Of a stretch of 64,000 bases of DNA, positions 54,752 through 63,375 are shown piece after piece (position 1 is the stretch's first letter; each line of letters begins with the position of its first letter). The stretch spans positions 1,483 through 65,482 of the forward strand of contig JAZRHO010000026.1 of NCBI GenBank assembly GCA_045644805.1, written 5' to 3'. Position numbers and translations under genes: made by a program. A model generated the notes under the pieces. The model saw only the letters and a list, made by a program, of their open reading frames with translations, ran no database searches and had not been told where the DNA came from. The stretch comes from Eubacteriales bacterium (GTDB lineage Bacteria; Bacillota; Clostridia; Oscillospirales; CAG-272).

Positions 54752-55078
54752 CACGCCATTCCTCCCTCTATTTCAAAAACAACAATTAAGTAAATCAAAT
54801 TTACCAAAAACAGCGGTATTTTACCGAGTTTTTGCCCATTTTTTGCGTGTTTAGTAAATTTAGCTTACTTCGTTGATTGTGTTTTTAAGTTTTTTTATAA
54901 AAAAGGCGTTTTATGGCATCTGTTGTGAATATTGCACAACAAACTCCATGTTTTTTCTACGTTTACGACATTTTAAACTTAAAAGACACATTATGTGCCA
55001 AATTACTTAAATATTTTTTAAAACTCATCAAAAAACAGCCTATAAATGACCTTTTTTACGTCAAAATTCAGCTTTTAA

Positions 55079-55122
55079 TAAAAAAAATCCGCGTGGCAGA
55101 CTTCTAATCTCACCGACGCGAA
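55079..55122 (-). terminator. Weak terminator candidate after the ZIP transporter gene
   Basis: On the minus strand an imperfect stem (tcgcgt...acgcgga, one bulge) is followed by a T8-9 run. Confidence 0.4.
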
Positions 55123-55135
55123 TTTTATTCTAATA

Positions 55136-55888
55136 TTACAACAAAAAATCCATTACAAGCATTATGCAAAATCCTATTATAAGGGAGAATGTTGCTTCGC
55201 TTTCGACTCCGTGGGAATGAGTTTCGGGAATCATTTCATCGCTTATAACATAGAGCATAGTACCTCCGGCAAAGCTTAGTGCAAAAGGCAAAACAACCGA
55301 TGCGACGCTTACGGCAAAATATCCTATCAAAGTACCTATAACCTCAACAAGCCCGGTCAATGAAGCGTAAAGGAAGGTCTTTCTTGGAGATATACCGCTA
55401 GCCAGCATCGGACTTATGATTATCATGCCCTCAGGAATATTTTGAAGAGCGATTCCTGCTGCTATTACCAAAGCCTCAGCGTCGTTCCCTGCTCCAAATC
55501 CTACTCCTGCCGCGATACCTTCCGGAAAATTATGAATGGCTATTGCAAGCACAAAAAGCATTACTTTATTGATTCGTTCCTTATTTTCGTGGGACTCTAT
55601 ATCATTTTCACTCATTTTATGCAAGTGCGGAACTAATTTATCTATAAGCTTCATACATATTGCCCCTACGGCAATTCCGGCAACGGTGATTATTATTCCG
55701 TATTTTCCTCCGTATTCAAGCGACGGAAGAATAAGCCCGAGCACGGCGGCAGCAAGCATTATGCCTGCTGCAAAGGCAAGAACGATATCACTGAACTTGT
55801 GAGAGATATTCCTAAATATGAAGCCGAAAAGCGCTCCTATTACAGTAGCGCCTCCCACGCCAATAGCAGTCAACAATACTATCTCCAT
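55136..55888 (-). CDS. zupT: ZIP-family divalent metal transporter (ZupT-like)
   Basis: HNFPEGIAAGVGF and LQNIPEGM motifs, 8-TM profile. The ATG at 55888 has GGAG 6 nt upstream. Confidence 0.9.
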   Translation of the reverse strand: MEIVLLTAIGVGGATVIGALFGFIFRNISHKFSDIVLAFAAGIMLAAAVLGLILPSLEYGGKYGIIITVAGIAVGAICMKLIDKLVPHLHKMSENDIESHENKERINKVMLFVLAIAIHNFPEGIAAGVGFGAGNDAEALVIAAGIALQNIPEGMIIISPMLASGISPRKTFLYASLTGLVEVIGTLIGYFAVSVASVVLPFALSFAGGTMLYVISDEMIPETHSHGVESEATFSLIIGFCIMLVMDFLL

Positions 55889-56011
55889 AATTGTCTCCAA
55901 TATATGACTTAACTTAATAGCAAGTTAAAATTCTTAAATGATTACTCTTATTACTTTATGAAAAAATTTTAATTTATGCCACTTTACGAATGTTAGGCGT
56001 AGCTATAATTT

Positions 56012-57073
56012 TTAGTTTTGCTTTATATATTCGGAAAGTCCTGATGAATAGAGCTTCTGAGAATCATTTGTATACCACATAGCCTCTACTCCTTCAATAC
56101 CTTCGATGAGGGCAAGTCCCGATTCATAATTCATTGAAAAAAGAGCAGTAGACAGCGCATCGGCAAGTCCTGAGTCATCGCATAAAACAGAAACCGAAGT
56201 AAAATACACCGACGGATAGAGTGTATCCTTATCTATAATATGATGGTAGCTTACACCGTCTACATAATAATAACGTTGATAAGATCCGCTGGTAACAAAC
56301 GCCTCACCGGAAAGGTTGATATACTCTATATATTCGTCGTATGCCTCATCATCAGGATTTTCAACACCTACAAGCCAAGGGGTGCCGTCAGGCTTTGAGC
56401 CTATTGTACGTATGTTACCGCCTACATTCAAGGTATATCCTTCAATGCCCAATGCTTCAAGCTCTTTTGCTATCATCTCCGCCGCATAGCCTTTTGCTAT
56501 GGCACCGACGTCAAGCATCATGTCGGGATCTGAAATATAAACGGTTAGGTTTTCCTCATCAAGAATAAGATTGTTTATATCGGTATGCCCAGACGCCTTT
56601 AGCAATTTATCATAACTCGGTAAAGATGCCAACGAAACATTTGATTGTCCTCGTTCTCTATAATCATGCCAAATGGAAAGCACACTGCCCATAGCTATAT
56701 TGGTCTCACCGTTTGTTATGGTATATACATCCTTTGCAAAAACCAGAAGATCCATTATACGCTTGTCCACTTTAAAGGTTTTATGCTCTCCGCCATAGGT
56801 AGCATTAATAGCGGCAAGATTTACCGTATCATCGTAAGTATTATAGATGTCATAAAGCTTGTGGTATTCAGAAAGTCTGCCAAAAACCAGATTCGCAATA
56901 GTTAAAAACTCATCTTCATTATCAGCATATCCTATAACAGTAGTGGCGGTGTCAAAGTAGTCAAGATATGTTTTTGTATACTTTTGTTTGCTTTTACCAT
57001 TGTTGCATGCTGATAAAGAGAACAAAAGCACTAAAATCATCGAAAAAGAAATCATTCTTTTAAAAAGATTCAT
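56012..57073 (-). CDS. apbE: FAD:protein FMN transferase (ApbE/Ftp) lipoprotein
   Basis: Lipobox LFSLSAC, LDVGAIAKGYAAE and TSGSYQRY blocks. Confidence 0.9.
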   Translation of the reverse strand: MNLFKRMISFSMILVLLFSLSACNNGKSKQKYTKTYLDYFDTATTVIGYADNEDEFLTIANLVFGRLSEYHKLYDIYNTYDDTVNLAAINATYGGEHKTFKVDKRIMDLLVFAKDVYTITNGETNIAMGSVLSIWHDYRERGQSNVSLASLPSYDKLLKASGHTDINNLILDEENLTVYISDPDMMLDVGAIAKGYAAEMIAKELEALGIEGYTLNVGGNIRTIGSKPDGTPWLVGVENPDDEAYDEYIEYINLSGEAFVTSGSYQRYYYVDGVSYHHIIDKDTLYPSVYFTSVSVLCDDSGLADALSTALFSMNYESGLALIEGIEGVEAMWYTNDSQKLYSSGLSEYIKQN

Positions 57074-57104
57074 TTCTGTTTTTTCTCCTTGGAAAAACTA
57101 AAGA

Positions 57105-57171
57105 AGATGCCCAATAACCGAGTACATTCAAGAGAATTGCTGTTTATTTCTCTTACGGTGAATGGGCATCT
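57105..57171 (-). other. Long composite stem-loop between the lipoprotein gene and apbE
   Basis: Outer stem agatgccca (57105-57113) / tgggcatct (57163-57171). Inner stem aagagaa / ttctctt, plus accg/cggt. On the minus strand it is followed by cttctttagttttt. Confidence 0.5.
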
Positions 57172-57186
57172 TTATGAGACTGAATT

Positions 57187-58167
57187 TTATTCGGAAACCG
57201 TCGCAGCCTTTGAAGCCGCCTTTGACAAATTGCCTGCGTAAATAGTACATCCGGCAGTCTGAACATCTTCAACGGCATATCCGTAGTTAGCGCCTGACGA
57301 TACTGTAAGCGCTGCGATTTCATCTGCGGTCTTGCCTTCGCATGCATTGTCGAACGCATCAACCTGAGCATACCACTCGGTCTTGCCTATCGAGCTCATG
57401 CCATAAGAATTCCCCTGTTCTCTCTTTGTCTTATACTCGGAATCGTTTCCTTCAACAGCACCGTCAGAGGTAACTTCAAGCTCAACCACGGCTTCATCTG
57501 TAAGACAAGCAGAAACCTTATCTCCGTTCATAACAGCCGCCGTAACAGTTGCCGTGAAGCTTGCCGAACCGTTTGTATCACCGTCGGCATCGGTTTCAGA
57601 GGAAGAAACCGCAACACCGAGATTAACGTCGGTATCCGAAAGCTTTACGGATTTGGTATTGGAAAACGCTTTTTCAATCGCATGTACGAAATCGGAAACG
57701 TAGATTGTACATCCTGCATTAATTACTTCTTCCGTTCCTCTATAGTCGGAAGCTACAAGTGCCTTTATTTCATTAAGATTCTTACCTACAGTAACAGAAG
57801 CAAACGAATCAGCCTGCTCATTCCACTCGTTTTTACCTGCGGCAGACATTCCGTAATCGCTACCGAGTGCTTGCTTTGTGGTCATTGCTTTAGAGATCGT
57901 ACAAACACCTGCTGAAGTAACCTGAACGTCACCGTAGTATGATGAATCAAGCTCACAGTCAACTATCTTTCCGTCCGAATCAATAACAACAGCGGCAAAA
58001 GTATAAGTCACCGATGCTACACCGTCGGTATTACCATCCGCGTTTTCAACGTTCGCGCCGGTATAAATTCCAACACCTATTTCATAATCCTTTTCTCCGC
58101 AGGACACAAGTCCGAGAGAACAAACAAACAGTGCAGCTATGCACAAAAGGGTGATAATTTTTTTCAT
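57187..58167 (-). CDS. Lipoprotein with two tandem divergent FMN-bind-like modules (PplA-like architecture)
   Basis: Lipobox GLVSC. Two ~150-aa repeats each contain DGK(I)V.C.LD, YGMS..GK.EW..Q.D.F and end in (N/T)AGCTIY, where canonical FMN_bind domains carry D.(V/I)SGAT.(T/S). Adjacent to apbE. Confidence 0.7.
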   Translation of the reverse strand: MKKIITLLCIAALFVCSLGLVSCGEKDYEIGVGIYTGANVENADGNTDGVASVTYTFAAVVIDSDGKIVDCELDSSYYGDVQVTSAGVCTISKAMTTKQALGSDYGMSAAGKNEWNEQADSFASVTVGKNLNEIKALVASDYRGTEEVINAGCTIYVSDFVHAIEKAFSNTKSVKLSDTDVNLGVAVSSSETDADGDTNGSASFTATVTAAVMNGDKVSACLTDEAVVELEVTSDGAVEGNDSEYKTKREQGNSYGMSSIGKTEWYAQVDAFDNACEGKTADEIAALTVSSGANYGYAVEDVQTAGCTIYAGNLSKAASKAATVSE

Positions 58168-58185
58168 TTTTATTTCTCCTTATTT

Positions 58186-58683
58186 TTAATCGACTTTTAC
58201 ATATTTGAGCATCAAAGCTCCGCAAATTCCTACGAATATACCGCTTACAGTTCCGGTAACCGTAAGAATTATCATATAATAACCTATTTCTTTCGTTCCC
58301 AGAATCAGAATAGCCATAAGTATCTGCCCGAGGTTATGAAAAACTCCACCTCCTATGCTTACACCAACAGTAGAAAACAATTGAATTTTTTTCAAAATCA
58401 GCATAATAAGAAGGCTTAGAGCAGCACCTGCGGCACTGTATGCCAATGTCATAACATTTCCAAAAAGCAATGCCGATAAACAAAGGCGCAAAAAGGATAC
58501 AATTACAGCATTCTTGATCCCAAAACTAAACAGAGTATAAATTATTATTATGTTTGCAAGTCCAAGCTTTATACCCGGAACGGCACTCCATATCGGAGGC
58601 AAAAGAAATTCAATATAGGAAAGTATCATCGCAACTGTGACTGATAATCCTAAAACTGTCAAACGTTTTGTGTTATTTCTCAT
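58186..58683 (-). CDS. Gx transporter family membrane protein (Hpre_diP_synt_I-like)
   Basis: 165 aa, 5 TM. LSVTVAMILSYIEFLLPP...PGIKLGLANIIIIY is typical of this family. Confidence 0.8.
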   Translation of the reverse strand: MRNNTKRLTVLGLSVTVAMILSYIEFLLPPIWSAVPGIKLGLANIIIIYTLFSFGIKNAVIVSFLRLCLSALLFGNVMTLAYSAAGAALSLLIMLILKKIQLFSTVGVSIGGGVFHNLGQILMAILILGTKEIGYYMIILTVTGTVSGIFVGICGALMLKYVKVD

Positions 58684-58700
58684 AATTATACAAAGCCGTC

Positions 58701-59087
58701 CTATGATACTAGGTCAACATCGGATTCACTTACCTCTCCGATGATAGTCACAACTATTTTGTTTGGCAGACATACAATTGTCTCTCCGACATTTTTTGTT
58801 GCTCGGTGCTCCGAGCATATTCCGTCAGGGCATGAAGCCTCAGATATATAAGCCCTGCCGTCTTTTATAACGAGAATATTGAAATCCTCATCATTTTCTC
58901 CGCTTGTTATCCTAACGGTCATATCAGTATTCAGCGGATACATCCCTATCTGTTCACCGTCATAAGTTACACAAGCGTAAGCTCCCGTCTTAAGCGAAAG
59001 CTTAAATATCAGAAACGCAAATAAGGCTATAGCTAAAATGACGGCAGTAAGAATGATATCATTTTTTATTTTTTTCTTATTTTGCAT
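58701..59087 (-). CDS. NusG domain II-containing protein (DUF1312)
   Basis: N-terminal TM anchor, then VTYDGEQIGMYPLN...NILVIKDGRAYISEASCPDGICSEH...IVCLPNKIVVTI. The ATG at 59087 lies 2 nt after the rnfB stop region. Confidence 0.8.
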   Translation of the reverse strand: MQNKKKIKNDIILTAVILAIALFAFLIFKLSLKTGAYACVTYDGEQIGMYPLNTDMTVRITSGENDEDFNILVIKDGRAYISEASCPDGICSEHRATKNVGETIVCLPNKIVVTIIGEVSESDVDLVS

Positions 59088-59091
59088 CGAA

Positions 59092-59883
59092 TCACTCAAA
59101 AAGCTCAATGCACTTGACAGGACAAACCTCTGCGCAAGCACCGCATTTTATGCACTTATTGTAATCTATTACGGAAAGATTATCCACTATTGTGATAGCA
59201 CCTGAGGGACATTCTTTTTCGCATTTTCTGCAAGCAATACAACCGTTTTTACAGTTTTTACGAGTAAGCGCTCCGTTATCATGGCTTGAGCATGCTATTG
59301 CCACCTTGGCATCCTTAGGTATGATAGAAATAATTCCCTTAGGACATGTTTTAACACATTTTCCGCATCCTATGCAAGTATCGGGATTTACCCTCGCAAG
59401 ATCATCTTTAATATAAATTGCATCAACGGGGCAGACCGATGCGCAGTCAAGGCAGCCGAGACAACCGTATTTGCAGGTATTCGGACCGCCGCACGCAAGA
59501 CACATAGCCGCGCACGTGCGAAGCCCATCATATTCAGCCGCTTTTTCCGTAGCATCGGGAGTTCCGTTACAATGAACGTATGCTACAACGGGAACAGTCT
59601 CCTCCGCTTCCTTACCTAGAAGGACAGCGAGATCCTTTGCCACCTCAGAACCGCCGGGAATACAAAGATTACACTCGCATTCGCCTCTCGAAAGCGCTTC
59701 AGCATATCCGTCGCATCCCGTATATCCGCACGCTCCGCAATTTACACCGGGAAGATGCTCCCGAATTTCAATCTGAGTGTTATCAACCGCAACACTCATG
59801 TAATGAGATGCGAGTATGAGTATAACCGATGCAAGCACTCCTGTACCCAAGAGTACGGCAACCGCTAAAAGTATATCAATCAT
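59092..59883 (-). CDS. rnfB: Rnf complex subunit B (polyferredoxin)
   Basis: N-terminal TM anchor, CGACGYTGC, and several CxxCxxCxxxCP ferredoxin motifs. Confidence 0.9.
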   Translation of the reverse strand: MIDILLAVAVLLGTGVLASVILILASHYMSVAVDNTQIEIREHLPGVNCGACGYTGCDGYAEALSRGECECNLCIPGGSEVAKDLAVLLGKEAEETVPVVAYVHCNGTPDATEKAAEYDGLRTCAAMCLACGGPNTCKYGCLGCLDCASVCPVDAIYIKDDLARVNPDTCIGCGKCVKTCPKGIISIIPKDAKVAIACSSHDNGALTRKNCKNGCIACRKCEKECPSGAITIVDNLSVIDYNKCIKCGACAEVCPVKCIELFE

Positions 59884-59897
59884 GAATTACACCTCCT

Positions 59898-60500
59898 TTA
59901 GGCAAAGAGGTTATCTACAATTCCGCCGAAGCCGAAAAAGGCAAGCGAAACAATAGATGCCGCAATAAGGGTTACCGGAAGACCTTTTAGAGCGTCGGGA
60001 ATATCAGCACCCTCCATTCTCTTACGTACTCCCGAGAAGAGTACCATTGCAAGAAGGAATCCAAGGCCGCATCCAAGTGAATTTACCATTGATTCAAGGA
60101 AGTTATATCTATCGGTAATATTATTGATAGTTACACCAAGAACCGCGCAGTTCGTTGTGATAAGCGGAAGATATACACCAAGACTCTTATGAAGAGACGG
60201 AATGAATTTCTTTAAGACTATCTCAATAAACTGAACTAACGTCGCAATTACAAGAATAAAAACAATGGTTTGAAGATATCCGAGACCCGCAGGCTCAAGA
60301 ATATAAGTCTGAATAGGCCATGTAGCCGCGGTTGCGACCAACATAACGAAGATAACCGAAATACCCATACCCGTCGCCTGGTCTATCTTTTTTGATACAC
60401 CGAGGAATGGACATATGCCGAGGAAACGGCTGAGGACGTAGTTATCGACGAGCACAGAGCTCATAAGAATTATGACAAGACTTCTGAAAACATCCATCAC
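59898..60500 (-). CDS. rnfA: Rnf complex subunit A
   Basis: VDNYVLSRFLGICPFLGVS and TTNCAVLG motifs. ATGA overlap with the rnfE stop. Confidence 0.95.
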   Translation of the reverse strand: MMDVFRSLVIILMSSVLVDNYVLSRFLGICPFLGVSKKIDQATGMGISVIFVMLVATAATWPIQTYILEPAGLGYLQTIVFILVIATLVQFIEIVLKKFIPSLHKSLGVYLPLITTNCAVLGVTINNITDRYNFLESMVNSLGCGLGFLLAMVLFSGVRKRMEGADIPDALKGLPVTLIAASIVSLAFFGFGGIVDNLFA

Positions 60501-61228
60501 TCAACTACCTCCTTACCTTCATTTTCTGCTGCGTTTTCTTTAAGGCATTCTTCCTTGCCGTTACAAGCAGATGCACAAGGACATCCCTCGCATGAGAACT
60601 CCTTCTTTCTGGGGGCCTTTCCTTTTGTAATAATGTTAACAATTGCTATCATAATACCAAATACGAAGAATCCGCCGGGAGCCTGAGTTAAGAATGATAT
60701 TTTAAAAGGCTCGAGGAATGGAATAGCAATTCCGAAGAAGCTTGCGCTTCCTATAACCTCTCTTATCAGAGCCATCGAAAGAAGCGCTACTGTAAAGCCA
60801 AGCCCCATTCCTGCACCGTCAAGAACCGAATCCTTAACAGTATTTTTGTTGGCAAACATTTCAGCTCTTCCGAGAATAATACAGTTAACCGTTATAAGTG
60901 CAAGATATACACCGAGAAGCTCATAAAGGTCAGGAAGGAATGCATGCATCAGCATCTGAACTACCGTTACGAAGCCCGCAATTATTATGATATAACAAGG
61001 AATTCTCACGGTATCCGGAATAATTTTACGCAAAGATGAAATTGCCGCATTAGAACAAATAAGAACAAGCATAGCGGCAATACCCATTGCCAAAGCACCG
61101 GTAAGAGTCGTAGTCGTCGCAAGTGTAGGACAGGTTCCGAGAACAAGAACAAATACGGGATTTTCCTTAAGAATTCCCTTCAATAGAATGGAAAGCGAAT
61201 TGTTGCTTTTATTTTCACTGTTATTCAT
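60497..61228 (-). CDS. rnfE: Rnf complex subunit E with a Cys-rich C-terminal extension
   Basis: NPVFVLVLGTCPTLATT and TVNCIILGRAE motifs. An extra ~42-aa tail contains CEGCPCASACNGKEEC. Confidence 0.93.
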   Translation of the reverse strand: MNNSENKSNNSLSILLKGILKENPVFVLVLGTCPTLATTTTLTGALAMGIAAMLVLICSNAAISSLRKIIPDTVRIPCYIIIIAGFVTVVQMLMHAFLPDLYELLGVYLALITVNCIILGRAEMFANKNTVKDSVLDGAGMGLGFTVALLSMALIREVIGSASFFGIAIPFLEPFKISFLTQAPGGFFVFGIMIAIVNIITKGKAPRKKEFSCEGCPCASACNGKEECLKENAAENEGKEVVE

Positions 61229-61241
61229 TCACACAACCTCC

Positions 61242-62450
61242 TTACTTTCCGTTTTCTGCAGATTCGATAATGCTTATTGCCGCAAATACCTTACCAATGG
61301 CATCTTTGTATGCCGTGGTGGTTTTAGTTGCTCCGGCAACAATATCGACGTTTTTATAGCTTTCAGAATCCTTGCCGTTATACTGCGTATAATAATCGGG
61401 ATCTGCACATATATCGCCTACGCCGGAAGTCTCATTTTGTTCAAGCGTCAACACAGAAATTATCTTGCCGTCAGCCGTAACGCTTACTTTTATTTTTATG
61501 GGCATTTTAGTAGGTGAATATTCGCTTTGAGCATCGTATCCCCTTGCCGTCACAACGACGATATAATTTCCGCTTACTGTCTTTTCGACCGATTGAATAT
61601 ATGAAGAAATTCCCGAATATGCGGTAATATCAACCGCCTCACTGGCTGTTCCGAGAACAGACGCAAGGGCATCAGCTATTCCGCTTGTATATTTGGATTC
61701 GGGATCGGTAATCGCATTGCCTTCTTCATCAAGTCCTGTTACAACGTTTACAACAGCACCGCTGTTATCAACGCCAACGTGTGCATCTCCGAAAACAAAT
61801 ACATAACCCGTTCCGTTTGTTGCCTTGTAAAGCTGATTCAAGTCTTCTATATACTCGGCAACGAAGACGTTTTCAAATGCCCCCTCTGCCGAAGGAAGAG
61901 CTTCATCAAGCTTGATTTCATCCTCTGTTCTGTTATCGTAGCTTCCGCCTCCGAAGATGATAGATGCGCCGATAGCATCCTTTGCAGCATTTTTATACGC
62001 GTCACTGGTTTTTGTTGCACCGGCAACTGCATCTACGGAATCCACTGTATCAAGGTTTTTACCTATAAGCCGTTCTCCGTAAGTCTTTTCAGCAGAAAGC
62101 GTTTCGTTACTGGAAAGGCATTCCGCTCCGACAACCTCTCCGGACGGAGAAATACCGAATATAACAATCATATCGCTTTTATAACCGGTAGTGTTGAGCT
62201 TCACGACGTATCCGCCGTCATTCGCGCGGTAAGCTTCGGTTACCGTTACAGGGATATTTTCATACGATTTTAAATCAACAGGCTCGAAGCTATCCGCATC
62301 GGGATAAACCTCGAAAAGAGCCGCCTGAGTAGCTTTTTTATCATTTTCTTCAATAATCGGAGCTGTTACAGCGTTAACTCCCGCTAGAACAAGCGCAAGA
62401 ATTATGCAAATAACAGAAAGTACAAGTCCGCTTTTTAAATACTTATTCAT
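61242..62450 (-). CDS. rnfG: Rnf complex subunit G, double length with two FMN-binding domains
   Basis: N-terminal TM anchor. Two flavinylation motifs, VDAVAGATKTS and VDIVAGATKTT. The ATG at 62450 overlaps the rnfD stop by 8 nt. Confidence 0.88.
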   Translation of the reverse strand: MNKYLKSGLVLSVICIILALVLAGVNAVTAPIIEENDKKATQAALFEVYPDADSFEPVDLKSYENIPVTVTEAYRANDGGYVVKLNTTGYKSDMIVIFGISPSGEVVGAECLSSNETLSAEKTYGERLIGKNLDTVDSVDAVAGATKTSDAYKNAAKDAIGASIIFGGGSYDNRTEDEIKLDEALPSAEGAFENVFVAEYIEDLNQLYKATNGTGYVFVFGDAHVGVDNSGAVVNVVTGLDEEGNAITDPESKYTSGIADALASVLGTASEAVDITAYSGISSYIQSVEKTVSGNYIVVVTARGYDAQSEYSPTKMPIKIKVSVTADGKIISVLTLEQNETSGVGDICADPDYYTQYNGKDSESYKNVDIVAGATKTTTAYKDAIGKVFAAISIIESAENGK

Positions 62451-63375
62451 TGACTTTACCTCCGAACGGTTTCCTTTCGGTAAGCCTGTCAATATAAGGC
62501 GTAAGAATATTCATAAGAAGTATTGCAAATGATACGCCTTCAGGATATACTCCGAAGAAACGTATAAGCACAGTTATAAGACCTGCACCTACACCGAATA
62601 GAATTTTGCCAAACGGCGTTATGGGAGTGGTGGAATAATCGGTCGCCATAAAGAACGCACCTATAAACAGACCCCCGGAAAGACACCATGCAAGCGCTGT
62701 TACAAAATCACCGCCCTCAAGAGCAAGTGTAAAGAGAAATGCCGTAAAAATGAAGCTAAGAGGCGCATAAGGTGTTATAACGCGTCTTGCAATAAGATAA
62801 ACCGCACCAACAATTATAGCAAGGATACACACCTCACCGATAGCTCCTCCCTTAAGACCGAGGAACAAGTCAAGGAGCTTTACAGAGCCGCCATCATTAA
62901 GAGTAACAAGCGGTGTTGCTCCTGATACGGTATCAACAACGGTAGGATATGCCGCTGAAGCAACGCTGGTAAATGCGATGAGCATAAAAATGCGTCCTGT
63001 TATCGCAGGGTTTGCGAAATTCTGACCGATGCCTCCGAAGAAGCATTTTACACAAACTACAGCAAACACAGAACCTATTGCCGCCTGCCATAACGGAACA
63101 TTTGCAGGAAGGTTAAGAGCAAGAAGCATGCCAGTAACCACTGCACTGAGGTCATCTATTGTATTCTGCTTTTTGGTAGCAAGACAGAATAAGTATTCCG
63201 AAAGCACGCTTGCCGCAACACATACTGCGATTACAGCAAGTGCACGCAGACCAAAGATTATTATGCCCGCAAGCGACGTCGGAGCAAGCGCTATGATAAC
63301 GTCAAGCATTATCCCTCTTGTAGTTTTGGACGTACATATATGAGGAGCTTGGCTTATATGAAGTTTATCAGACAT
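62443..63375 (-). CDS. rnfD: Rnf complex subunit D
   Basis: Polytopic membrane protein with the VDTVSGATPL flavinylation motif. Confidence 0.95.
   Translation of the reverse strand: MSDKLHISQAPHICTSKTTRGIMLDVIIALAPTSLAGIIIFGLRALAVIAVCVAASVLSEYLFCLATKKQNTIDDLSAVVTGMLLALNLPANVPLWQAAIGSVFAVVCVKCFFGGIGQNFANPAITGRIFMLIAFTSVASAAYPTVVDTVSGATPLVTLNDGGSVKLLDLFLGLKGGAIGEVCILAIIVGAVYLIARRVITPYAPLSFIFTAFLFTLALEGGDFVTALAWCLSGGLFIGAFFMATDYSTTPITPFGKILFGVGAGLITVLIRFFGVYPEGVSFAILLMNILTPYIDRLTERKPFGGKVNE

Noticed and set aside
54913-55107. 64-aa ORF in the spacer between zupT and the ABC operon.
   Set aside because: It has no SD, lies in extremely AT-rich sequence with a Lys/Leu/Ile-rich product, and runs into the zupT terminator.
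55901-56011. A Zur/metal-regulator operator upstream of the ZIP transporter (inverted repeat ttaactt-aatagc-aagttaa at ~55911-55930).
   Set aside because: The 7-bp AT-only inverted repeat does not match the Zur-box pattern I know and could arise by chance in AT-rich DNA. The support is too weak to call.
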